The position numbers and the translations under genes are program-made. The notes beneath the pieces were generated by a model, which did no database searches, was not told where the DNA came from, and was given only the letters and a program-made list of their open reading frames with translations. A stretch of 64,000 nt of DNA, taken from Octopus sinensis (lineage: Eukaryota). The stretch spans positions 7,130,001-7,194,000 of the forward strand of contig NC_043001.1 in the NCBI RefSeq assembly GCF_006345805.1, written 5' to 3'. Shown in pieces: positions 1 to 11,875 of the stretch; position 1 is the first letter of the stretch; each line of letters begins with the position of its first letter.

Positions 1-322
1 ACACCGACCAAAAATCCTTACTGTTTCTCCCATTGGAACACAAGGTAAAATCCAAAATGAACTCCTCGCCTTTTCAAGAACATGAATTTTTTATATTTGA
101 CTCTATTGAATATTATATATGAATTTTTTATATTTGACTCTATTGAATATATGTCACAATTATGAACTATTACATCATATTCTTTAAACATATAGCATGG
201 ACTCTCTTTATTATATATAATTTTTTTTGATAAGGTTCGTCATTTCAAGAACCGAAACGTGTTAAATTTAAATTTAAATTTGTCTAATATAGCAGCATTT
301 TCAAACTTCATTTTTTACAAAT

Positions 323-390
<68 letters not shown>

Positions 391-944
391 ATACATATAT
401 ATATATATATACATACATATAAGAAATCTCTGAGCGAAACAGTAGCTGAACGACACCGTGAAGTATATTTGCTACCTATATGTGGCTAACCCCCAACGGT
501 TGATTCTACTGTAGCTTGTAGCTCCAGGAAGACATCTCCTCCATCTGGCTATTGACACACTATCTGTGCCATATCAAAATTTACAAAGGAAATCATATAT
601 GAAAACAAAATATGAATTCATATTGGAATTTACATAAAACAAACAGAAAGCATTTCTACCATTTTCCTTGGATAATGGTGCTGCAAATATAACATCTACA
701 TACGTTCTTATTATTATTTATATATTCATTCTCCTATTTCTCTATATACACCTTAGTTGCTGCCTTTTCCAGAATAACTTCTCATATTGAACTCTAATAT
801 TTCCCTTTCTTTAATCATCTCACATCCTTCCTTCTTTATGAATGTCCTGAAAACCCCGCACACCCTTGGGCATGTTTCCTCATTCTATTTACCGAAGAGG
901 ATAATCCATGAGAAAAAAAAACATACATACATGTTCGCACACAA

Positions 945-1011
<67 letters not shown>

Positions 1012-1382
1012 GGTGTGCGCGTTTGTTTGTGTGCGTGTCTGTCTGTGCCTGTCTCTGTATGTGCTTGCGTATGTGTAAGCGTACGTATGTTATTTGTATG
1101 TGTACATTTAAATAAACTCAAAGCCATATATGGTCGCATAAATTTACGCCACGTCCATATGTGTGATAGTAAATACTTCTTTGTTTAACTCATGGATCCA
1201 GTTGCGAAAAATTTACTTCGCTAAATATCATGTTTATTTAAAGCAATTAACGTCAGATAAATCTTTCCGTATTGTGTTAGGCGAATATTTACGTACGTAA
1301 CACTATATGCATACAAACACCCATCCACACACACACACATATACATACAGACAAACCTATGAACACACACATATGCACACGC

Positions 1383-1472
<90 letters not shown>

Positions 1473-1483
1473 ATATATATATC

Positions 1484-1577
<94 letters not shown>
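1383..1577. repeat. Compound microsatellite (ATCT)n(TA)n
   Basis: Direct reading; similar tracts at 16621-16779 and 27119-27295. Confidence 0.97.
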
Positions 1578-1579
<2 letters not shown>

Positions 1580-2159
1580 GTGCTTCAGTATGGAGAGAGA
1601 AAAAGATACAGAAAGTGAAAGGGGGATAGAAAATGTGAGAGAGAAGCACAGAAATAGCTAAATGTTAATTAAGAGATAAGGTCATTGACTGCAAATCTTA
1701 TTCAAGAGTGAATACATGCAAATTATGTTGCTTTACTGCTAAACCTAACGAACAATATAATTTGTCAACTAAGATTTCAGAGAAAATTTCTTTTATGTAA
1801 AATATTTTAGCGAACATTGAACCTACTTATGCGTTACGAAATAAGCTGTTCTGAAATTGTCGAACATCAAATAAAGTTCTTCATTGTTTAATTGTTTAAA
1901 TATATCTGTGTTTTAACACGGTACATGTGGAGCTAACTATAAAGCTAGACATGAAATTTTTACCTCACACTCACAAAGTCTATTATTTTTGAAATTATGA
2001 ATATACATCTATGAATAATGTAAGTATATTCTCTCCTAACTTGGCCCATTCTGGGTAAATTTAACTGAACTCCCATAGAAAAGGAAAATTTAGTTTTTAT
2101 TCTTCGGGTGTGGCTGTAAAGTAATAAGATTTGACTACCAAACATATTATTAAGGGTTC

Positions 2160-2341
2160 TGTATTCAAGAGATGAGATATTATTTACATTATTTACATTT
2201 GGCGGATGTTTGTCCTCATCTTGTTGTTAACACACCTTTTCTGCTGATATACCTACTCCCCAACCTTCATCAGGTATCTTGGGGAAAATTCTTGGGTTCT
2301 CATTCTTAAGGTAGCTTTCGATGTCATCATCATCATCATCA

Positions 2342-2377
<36 letters not shown>

Positions 2378-2403
2378 TATTATTATTATTATTATTATTA
2401 TTA

Positions 2404-2476
<73 letters not shown>

Positions 2477-2575
2477 CAGTATTATTATTATTATTATTAT
2501 TCAGGTCACAGCCTGGAATCGAATTCAGAATCATGGGGTTAGTTGCCCGCGCTCTTAACCGCTACGACATATGCC
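2160..2575 (-). mobile_element. Composite SINE-like element: tRNA-like head + (AAT)n + body with a degenerate hammerhead motif
   Basis: Head 2575-2501 (tgtcgtagcgg; gaattcgattcc), (AAT)n 2500-2335, CTGATGA at 2273-2267, GAAA at 2241-2238, tail aatgtaaataatgtaaataat. An inverted partial copy of the body start lies at ~2580-2690. Confidence 0.7.
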
Positions 2576-2582
2576 TGGTAAT

Positions 2583-2625
<43 letters not shown>

Positions 2626-2736
2626 TAATAATAATAATGATAATAATAATAACAACTACAGCAGCAACATCAAAACTACCTTAGGAATGAGTATATGTAT
2701 ATGTTTATCTATATCTATATATATATATAAACACAA

Positions 2737-3553
2737 TAAAAAGGTAATAAAATAAATTATTATTACCGGTGATCTAGCACAAAAGACAAATTAGCCATTA
2801 GGCTATATGTTATTCATATATAAGTACATTAAAACGCCTCTAAAAGAAGAAGCAAGTACTAGATACACAAAAAGTGAATAAATTCAATGAAATGAAAATC
2901 AAAAATGTTTACAAACTCGGCTCATCTTATACTGCAGTTTCGTCTTTTTTTTTAGCAGAAAAATATAATTTATCTGCCAAGGATAGACTCTTCAGTAAGC
3001 AGCCTTTGTTATCCTAGAAGTACATATCGTTAGAAGCATGTGCGGTTCTACCGACTTGCATTCTCTAACTTTTCAGACCATTGCGTAGACGCAAAACATA
3101 CCCGACAAACAGAGAGGGTTCTGGTATAGGGTCTACGATCAAAATTTATCGAGTAATATGTAAACATAGTAAAAAGGTAATAAAATAAATTATTATTACC
3201 GGTGATCTAGCACAAAAGACAAATTAGCCATTAGGCTATATGTTATTCATATATAAGTACATTAAAAGGCCTCTGAAAGAAGAAGCAAGTACTAGATACA
3301 CAAAAAGTGGATAAATTCAATGAAATGAAAATCAAAAACGTTTTCAAACTCGGCTCATCTTATACTGCAGTTTCGTCTTTTTTTTAGCAGAAAAATATAA
3401 TTTATCTGCCAAGGCTAGACACTTCAGTAAGCAGCCTTTGTTATCCTAGAAGTACATATCGTTAGAAGCATGTTTGTCGGGTATGTTTTGCGTCTGTGCA
3501 ATGGTCTGAAAAGTTACAGAATGCAAGTCTGTAGAACCGCACATGCTTCTAAC
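2737..3553. repeat. ~304 bp direct duplication plus ~83 bp inverted duplication
   Basis: 2737-3040 ~ 3170-3472; 3029-3111 ~ revcomp of 3471-3553. Confidence 0.9.
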
Positions 3554-3556
3554 ATT

Positions 3557-3624
<68 letters not shown>

Positions 3625-3630
3625 CTCAAA

Positions 3631-3894
3631 AGAGTTACGGAATGGCATATGGAAAATCTGGTCAGAGATGCTTCAAAGCGTGGCAAACTGAGAAGTGTTA
3701 AAAGCCAAGTGAGGCGCATAACAAAGGCTAATCTTTAGCTCAAAAATTTCTTTTAGACTTTAATGTAATCGAGATGTTTTTAGTCTGAGGAATAGCCGGC
3801 GTTACACACCTCACTTGGATTTTTCCACTTCTGATGTTCCACTTGCTACGAAACATATGTAGCCCGGATTCTCCATACTCCATTCCGTAACTCT
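3631..3894. repeat. Imperfect foldback with ~100 bp arms
   Basis: 3631-3730 ~ revcomp of 3793-3894, roughly 70% identity by eye. Confidence 0.8.
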
Positions 3895-4118
3895 GGTATT
3901 CTTTGTCGCACACTTGACAACCCTGGTTGCCTTCCGAGGAATATAATAATAACTTCTTTCAGCTCATTGTTCTTTGGTAAAAGGAAAATAAAATTGCAGC
4001 CTTCTGTCTCAATTAACAACTATTGTTCCTGCAATTTGGTTTCTTTATATTCATTTCGGATTGCTCGAAGCTAACTTTCTCCCTACAACTCGATCCCTGT
4101 ATATACATCCATTCACAC

Positions 4119-4214
4119 ATACATACATACATTCACACATACATACATACATACATACATACATACATACATACATACATACATACATACATACATACAT
4201 ACACACACACACAC
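4119..4214. repeat. (CATA)n(CA)n microsatellite
   Basis: Direct reading. Confidence 0.97.
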
Positions 4215-4521
4215 GCATCACAGCTGCTACCTCGTTACACGAGAATAACCATTGGCAAGAAGACTTACTGAAATGGTTCATGATTGTTGCCATGCTCTTA
4301 TATGACTTTACGCCCGGTCAAGCTTTTACACATTTTATTACATACAACTGTGCTGGCTGACAGGAGAAACAGGTGTCACCATATGCACCCCCTTAACATG
4401 TCTTTTTAGACCTCCAACTTCCACAATTTACTATGTTCCTGTATGAATTTTAATAACCACATACATATATATATATAAATATATACATACGTACATACTC
4501 ACATATACATATATATATATT

Positions 4522-4552
<31 letters not shown>

Positions 4553-4640
4553 GTATATATATTTATATATTTATATATATATATACATAGTTATATATAT
4601 GTTTGTATATGTATATATGTATATATCTATATGCATACAT

Positions 4641-4671
<31 letters not shown>

Positions 4672-4707
4672 AATATGTATATATATATAATTATATATAT
4701 TATATAT

Positions 4708-4774
<67 letters not shown>

Positions 4775-4829
4775 CATACATATATATAATTATATATATA
4801 TATACACGCACATACATATATACATACAT

Positions 4830-5019
4830 GGCATGGTAGGCGTGTTTTTGTTTTTGTCACATACCACCGCTTCAAAACACGTCGTGGTGTGTTTACGTCC
4901 TCGAAACTAAGCATTTCGGCAAAAGATAGAATACGTATCAAGAAAAAAAGCAGAAGAGGTTGAATCATTCAAGTGGTACTCCAGCATGGTCGCAGTCTAA
5001 TGACTGAAACAAGTGAAAT
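4830..5019 (+). mobile_element. SINE family A, 3' fragment (diverged)
   Basis: gtgtttacgtcc..ttcggcaaaag..ccagcatggtcgcagtctaatgactgaaacaag. Confidence 0.75.
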
Positions 5020-5328
5020 ATGCCAGAACACTTGACTGTCAATCAGTCATGAACTGGATTGTATTTAATGTTTCCTTTACTTGCTCGATTTTATTTGACA
5101 TTTTAAAAATAATTATGGCACTGTATCTACAATGATTCCAATTGCCATCGTTCTATACATTCTCTATATTTAATGCGTTACGAAGAAAATTCTGCAATAA
5201 ACACAAATTACATATTTTGTCCCATTGATGTAGTCTTATTGAAAACTTGCTCAACGGAAATCTTCCATATCATTGTCCCCAAAACAATGTAATGAAAACG
5301 TTTCTATATGTCTGTCTCCCTATTGCCA

Positions 5329-5648
5329 GACCAAAGCCTTGTGAGTGGATATGGTAGATGGAAACTGAAAGAATCCCGTCATCTCTCTCTCTCTATATAT
5401 ATATATTTATACATATATGTGTGTGTGTGTGTGTGTATGTATGTGTGTATATGTTTGTGTGTTTGTCCCCACCCCACCTCAACATCGCTTGACAACCGAT
5501 ACTGGTGTGTTTGCCTCCCCGTATCTTAGCGGTTCGGCAAAAGTGACCGATAGAATAAGTACTAGGTCGATTTGCTAAACTAAAGGCCGTGCTCCAGCCA
5601 TGGTCGCAATCAAATCACTGAAACAAATAAAAGAGTAAAAGATTAAAA
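5329..5648 (+). mobile_element. SINE family A, 5'-truncated
   Basis: Matches 11465 from gaccaaagccttgtgagtgg to the tail. Confidence 0.85.
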
Positions 5649-8600
5649 GCGAAGTACGAATAACATTGGTGGAATTCCAGCAAATTCTGTTCAGAGGAAG
5701 TTTATGTCAATTTTATCGACCCCATTTTCCAACTAGCTCTACTTCTATCGAATTTGGATTCACAAAGTGCCCGTGGAAGAATTACAGCTTTGCATTTTGT
5801 ACAGCAAGATATCGATCCCGCCGGTTCGCTGCCTTACCTAGAAAAAAAAAAAGAAATAATAAGAAAGGAGGAAAATAAAGACGGCAGGACATAAGATTAG
5901 ATGGATGAAAGTCTGCTCCGGACTCTACAACTACAAGTTGGGAAGGAAGTAACTCGCTGATAACTTCCAATTATTTGACAATGGTTACTTTGTCATGCGC
6001 GAATGTAAAATTGCAAAAGTTCGCTGAAATACAGAAAATCGATGAGAATCGACAACCTCCTCCCTCCTGAATAGCTGAAATGTAATAGAGAGGCCATAAT
6101 GGACGATTTTATCACTATATGAAGCAAAATATGTCCGACTGATGAATGATCGAATCTGTGGATTCACTTGGAACATACTGCTTCTCAAGAATATAACATG
6201 ATTAAAAGATATTCTGTTCATTCAACATTGACTTCACAGTTATGGTAGAACAACATGTTCATGCGGAAACTAACAACTGTAATATATTTTTTAAAAATGA
6301 ATATTTTTTATGCTTTCTGCATTTTAAGAGTATTCTGGTATTAGTAAATATCATGCTGTTCTTAGTAAATCAGTGCATCGTGTTAATGCTCTAATTAGTA
6401 ACATTGATCTCCGTGATAATGAAACAATGGTAAATATTTTTTTATTCTGAAACTATGTTAAAGCGATTCTTTCATCTCTATTTGTGTAAGTATGTCACAT
6501 ATATATGTGAAATGTTCCGTTTTCAATTAGGATTTTGCGCATTAGGATTAACAAAAATATCGATCAAGCATACGTTGCACAGTATGGCATTTGTTATTAA
6601 GTCTTTAAGAAAATGATTCTCTCGATATTACTTACTTTTGACCTTCGATATATTAGAATCTAGCCACACGCTACTTGATAAATATTGACGGCGTTGGTTT
6701 GGTAATAAGTGATGACTATCCCCTAGCTTATGAATATAACAATACCTATGTACATTCCCTACTTGCGGTGAATAATGTCGTCTACACATTTGAAACTAAA
6801 TATCATATTGATATTGAAGAAACTATTTTAATCTCATTAGACTTATTAAGATTTCAGATATGGCCTTTGCTTGAGTCTTTTCATTAAAACGCCATTCATT
6901 TAAATTTTCCTTGCGTGATAATTATGGCTTCGTCGAAAGTATCAATCGATTATTTTAACTCCTGCTAGGAGAGAAGCAACACAAGTGATATTTTGTTTTG
7001 TAAAGTAAGGTTTGATATTAGCAAAAACAAAATTTCATTGAAATTTTCATACATAATTAGAAGCTTGAAGTAAAACCGGGGATTTCTTTATTCATAACAT
7101 AACCACAAGGCAATTCATCAAAAGAAACGTTATCAAGAAATTTCTATTTCATCATTTCTACGATCCTTTAATTATAACATTTGATTTTTATTGTCAATCA
7201 GATTGCTGTTTTGAAAAAGATAACACTGGTCACCTTCATCAGTCATTAAAATAATAGAGGTGATTAAAATATAGCTACAAGTATTGCGCTTTTTCAATGC
7301 AAGAGATATCAAAAACGAGAATAATGTTTGCTAGGATTACTGTGGAAATATTCATGATTGAAAGGATGGAGCCCGATAAAGATGGATATCGTAAAGGTTA
7401 TTGCCCGAATCTTTAGGAACGTAACAAGAGGACCAAAAAGGGGTTTGTCTAGATTTATGTCGCACCTAAAAATGTGACCAGTTTCAGATGAACAGTATTA
7501 AACTTATTTCTCAGAACAATAGCTCAGGACTTGCGTGGGACGTCGTCGTTCAAATGTCACGTGAGTAGATCTTCATGACAGAAAAATTACATTGGAACGA
7601 CTATCATTTTTATGGTCAATTAAGCAAATAATTTTTCTGTTGAAATGTGGCATGTCGTTCCTCTAAGTTATCCTTTTGCTAAAACCCATTTAATTTTGTT
7701 ATGAAACGAACGTTAATAGAAGGCTGCAATCATAAGCAGAACAAAGTTCATGTTATCTGGATAATTAATGAAATAGAAATAAAATTCACAGCTGCTTCAA
7801 TCATTGTGCTTGTGTAACAATTCATCAGTCACTGTAAGATTCATATAATGAAGAAAGTCAACTGGAAAACACCGGTCGATGAACTAAAACAGAGGACTAA
7901 TGACAAATGATTTCAAGAGTGGAATGGACGAAGAAAGAAACCAGCAAGAAAATGAATATCACAATCTTCCGTCAAACAAGAGGAGTTAAAGGATTTGCAT
8001 TTTTATAGAATTACACATCGTGCAATAATTATATTGCATATATTCGTGCTGCTAATTTTTTCTGACATCTCTCGCTAACAAAACATCACGCTCCACGTAA
8101 ACAAAAGGAGTAGATTTTGGGGAAATTACGGACATTTGGAATAGTGGATATGCAAATGGACTTATTCCTCTCCATTACTTACTGCATCAATATGAGTTGC
8201 CCTTCTATACCGAATGCTCTGTTTCATGTGTGAGGGATGTCAATAGTTCAAATTCAAAAACGTCTGTGTCCGTGTTTTTTAAAAATTATATCGGTATCTT
8301 TATAAACATTTACATGAATGTGTGAGAGAGGCAGGTCACTACGACCTGTGTCTCTTCTGAGTTTAATGGATGCATGAGAGTCTTCATCTTACAATGAACA
8401 TTAATTCATTATAATATGTGTGGTTCAAATAAAGAAGTAATCGGAGATGCGTTTCCAATTTGCGATAATGTGATTCTTGAAGTTTTGGTCAATTTTTTTC
8501 TTTACTTCCTGATATAATTTTTCCTCTAAGAAAAACAAACTTCACCCGTTTATTATTAGAAGGAGCTATTTCGTCCACATTAGTGTGATATATATTCGAC

Positions 8601-9839
8601 AAATTCTTTTACCATCACATTTGAAGATATTTTCTTCCACTACTAAACTTACAGATTTGGTGATGAAGTCAATTACAACCGACCAATTATAATCCGTCTG
8701 TCCTTTTCTACACCCTCTTTGATTGCTTCCAGGTGCAACACATGTGGTTAGTAGAAAGTTACTTACATCGAACATTATTAGCGTAGTTCATTCTGGGGCA
8801 GTAGACAAGACTATTTGAAAATGCCGGTGTCATTCAGAACATAGCTGGATATTAATGGGAATAAGTGTTTGAAAATTCTAAAAGATTACTTAGATGTTGT
8901 GTTAGAGACTTATGTGCTGAAGCTATTAGTTTTAAAATTGTTATGGGCTGATTTCACCGTTCGCTTATGTCCTTTTTCTTTTACCGAACTTCTAAAGATC
9001 TTGGCTAATCCGTTGGAACTTTTCTCTCTAATTTTAGAACGGCATAAATAGTTCATTCCTTCCTCGATTAAGGAGTCTGGATATTGATTAGTTAATAGTC
9101 TAACTGGATTCCTAATATTTTTTACGGTATGTTTTGTTCGTTTCTTGTAATTTAGGTGTATTAGTTGTATTATTTTCGCTTTATAACTTGACAAACACAC
9201 ACTTTCTCTCCCACAAAAAAAAAACAAACATACACACACAATTGCAGACACAGATATGCACACACACAAAATCTCTCTCTTTCACACGCATACACTCACA
9301 TTCAGAAGCCTTCCAAAACAATTTGTCGAATTCTGTATCTAAGCAGCCTCTAAACAGGTGACCAAAGAAAACAAGTCAGCCATTTAATGATTAAAAACAA
9401 CAATTTATTTCAATTGGTAAAATGGTTAACCTCATTTGACCTATCATGAAATCAACCATTCCAGAAAACAACCTTTTTATTTCACCCTTTTTTTCTTCCT
9501 TTTTTAACCAATTACCAAAAATCTCATATACACTTTGTTTAACACTTGACCACACACACGCACACACATTCGATTAACATGACAAAGACTACCTAGAATA
9601 ATGGCTGCCCAGCATCCTTTCTCAAAAACCCAAGAATGTAATTCAACTCTAACTTTTGCAACCAACTTGTATACATACAGCAAACGAGAAAAAATTCAAC
9701 AACTCACTGCTAATAATAAATCACTGATGGAGTTAAACGTACTTAATATATGACAAGTATGACGATTCTAACTTTCCTTATAAATATATAAAATCCGCAC
9801 ACCAATATTATTAACCTCTACATAGGTATAGGCGTCACT

Positions 9840-10141
9840 ATATGGCTATAAATTTCGCTACCAACCACGTGGTTCCGGTTTCAGTCCAGATGCTTGGCAT
9901 CATCGGGCAGTGTCTTCTCGTATACCATCGGGTCAGCTTACGTCTTGTTAGTGGATATGATAGAGGGAAACCGAAAGAAGACCTTCTACACACAATGTGT
10001 GTATATATATACGGGGTGTCCCCAAAAAATGTATACACATAGTGGTTCGGCAAAAGAGAACGATAGAAAAAGTACTAGGCTTACAAGAATAACAAATTTA
10101 CAATTATTTAAGGTGTGTATACATTTTTTTGGGACACCCTG

Positions 10142-10217
<76 letters not shown>

Positions 10218-10420
10218 TGTATGTATGTGTGTGTGTGTGTGAAGGCACCTGCGTGCGTGTGCGTGTGTGTACGTGTGTGGTTCTGCAAAACAGCCCTATC
10301 GAATAAGTACCGAGCTTTAAAAAATGTCGTTGGTGGGGTTGATTTATTCAACAGTAACAGTTGAAAACAGTATCCCAGGATGGCCGCAGTCAGATGAGTG
10401 AAACAAGTTATAGATAAGAG
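9840..10420 (+). mobile_element. Diverged SINE family A copy interrupted by a MITE
   Basis: Head at 9840-9990, 3' part at 10265-10420, MITE at 10012-10141. Confidence 0.7.
10012..10141. mobile_element. 130 bp Tc1/mariner-type MITE
   Basis: 28 bp TIRs (c[a/g]gggtgtccc..aaaatgtatacaca, 2 mismatches), TA on both flanks. Confidence 0.8.
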
Positions 10421-10542
10421 AAATATATATGTGCATATACACGTACCCACAGACACATGCACACAGATATATGCACAGAGTTTCACACTTAAATGATTAG
10501 AGTGATACTTCACTTGAACTGTCCTGCTCTTTCTTGCTTATA

Positions 10543-11073
10543 TCTATATATATAAAACTGTAGTTGTGTGAGTGTCTGTCTCCTACGATTTAGATTCCTA
10601 ACTACTCCCACATTTTGCGGTGCAGTTTAACCAAATTCGGGTATCTTATAGTCGGGATTCATATCGAGCCCGTCTGGGTATTAGCGCGCGTCTACGATGA
10701 GTCTACGATTTTAAAAATAATTTAACATCATTTTTTTCCATTTTAACGCATAATTTTTCGTGTGTCGATGGCGGCGGAGTTGGCGTCCATGGTCACACCT
10801 GCACCTGTGTTGCTTCTCTCCCTTCTTCCCTCCCTCGTGAAGCTGTGGGGAAGGGAGTGTAAGGAAATCAACGTCGTAAAGCGTTGTCAAGGAGACCAGC
10901 GTTCTTTTAGAACAATGACTTCATGGCTTGAAGACACTGAGTCAATGATTAAAAAAAAAAATTACCATCATTTTTTATTCCATTTTTAATGCATTTTTTT
11001 GCTATAACTCTCTAAAAATGCTTATATAGTTATTTCCCTTACAAACCCGAGCAACGCCGGGCGATACTGCTAG
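10543..11073 (+). mobile_element. Non-autonomous Helitron
   Basis: A|TC 5' end, subterminal hairpin cccgagcaacgccggg, CTAG|T 3' end. Near-identical copy at 43533. Confidence 0.85.
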
Positions 11074-11464
11074 TAATATATAAACGCATACATACACTCA
11101 TGCGTGCATACATATATCAGGTCATCCCATAAGTAATGTTCGACCTTTGCGTAATGGACAAGTGTTCTAATTTTACATTTTATTGAAATTCCATCCTGTA
11201 TTTAATTCCCACCATTATAGATAACTTCCTTCTCTCTGCTCATCAGATTTTAGAATTTCATTCACGGAAAACTTTTTTTGGTATCGATGAGAAGAATGAA
11301 GAGAGGTCAGTTTCGACCGCTTTGGGACTTTTTGTACTAATCCATCTCTAAGCTTCTTGGCAATTAGTAATCAGAAGGAGTGAAGTATTGGTGAAAAGGT
11401 TTGTGAAGAATTTTTTCGCAGCCAAGTTCTCCGATGTTTTCAGATGTAATATTTGCAGTGTATA

Positions 11465-11875
11465 GGCATAGGAGTGGCTGTGTGGTAAGTAGCTTGCTAA
11501 CGAACCAAATGGTTCCGGGTTCAGTCTCACTGCGTTGCCTCTTGGGCAAGTGTCTTCTGCTATAGCCCCGGGCCAACCAATGCCTTGTGAGTGGATTTGG
11601 TAGACGGAAACTGAAAGAAGCCTGTCGTATATATGTATATATATATATGTGTGTGTGTGTATATGTTTGTGTGTTTGTGTTTGTCCCCCTAGCATTGCTT
11701 GACAACCGATGCTGGTGTGTTACGTCCCCGTCACCTAGCGGTTCGGCAAAAGAAACCGATAGAATAAGTACTGGGCTTACAAAGAATAAGTCCCGGGGTC
11801 GATTTGCTCGACTAAAGGCGGTGCTCCAGCATGGCTGCAGTCAAATGACTGAAACAATTGAAAGAGTAAAAAGAG
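11465..11875 (+). mobile_element. tRNA-derived SINE family A, full length
   Basis: Pol III-like head (gtggctgtgtggtaag; ggttccgggttcagtc), CTTGGGCAAG box, central TA/TG microsatellite, LINE-like tail cagtcaaatgactgaaac and aaagagt repeats. More than 10 copies in the window. Confidence 0.9.

Noticed and set aside
82-150. 32 bp direct repeat with 37 bp period
   Set aside because: Only two units in AT-rich DNA; simple slippage duplication, not CRISPR-like.
421-640. GC-richer block after the first (TA)n tract, with CTGAGCGAAAC
   Set aside because: Probably a repeat fragment, but only one copy is visible and the spacing does not fit a hammerhead.
259-1661. ORFs rich in YI/IY, HT, CV and LSIY repeats here and throughout the window
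   Set aside because: Translations of (TA)n, (CA)n, (CATA)n and (ATCT)n microsatellites, which lack stops in some frames; not genes.
2501-2575. tRNA-like sequences here and at 23545, 26712, 53369 and 58781
   Set aside because: They have A/B boxes but no complete cloverleaf or acceptor stem, and each continues into a SINE body; called SINE heads, not tRNA genes.
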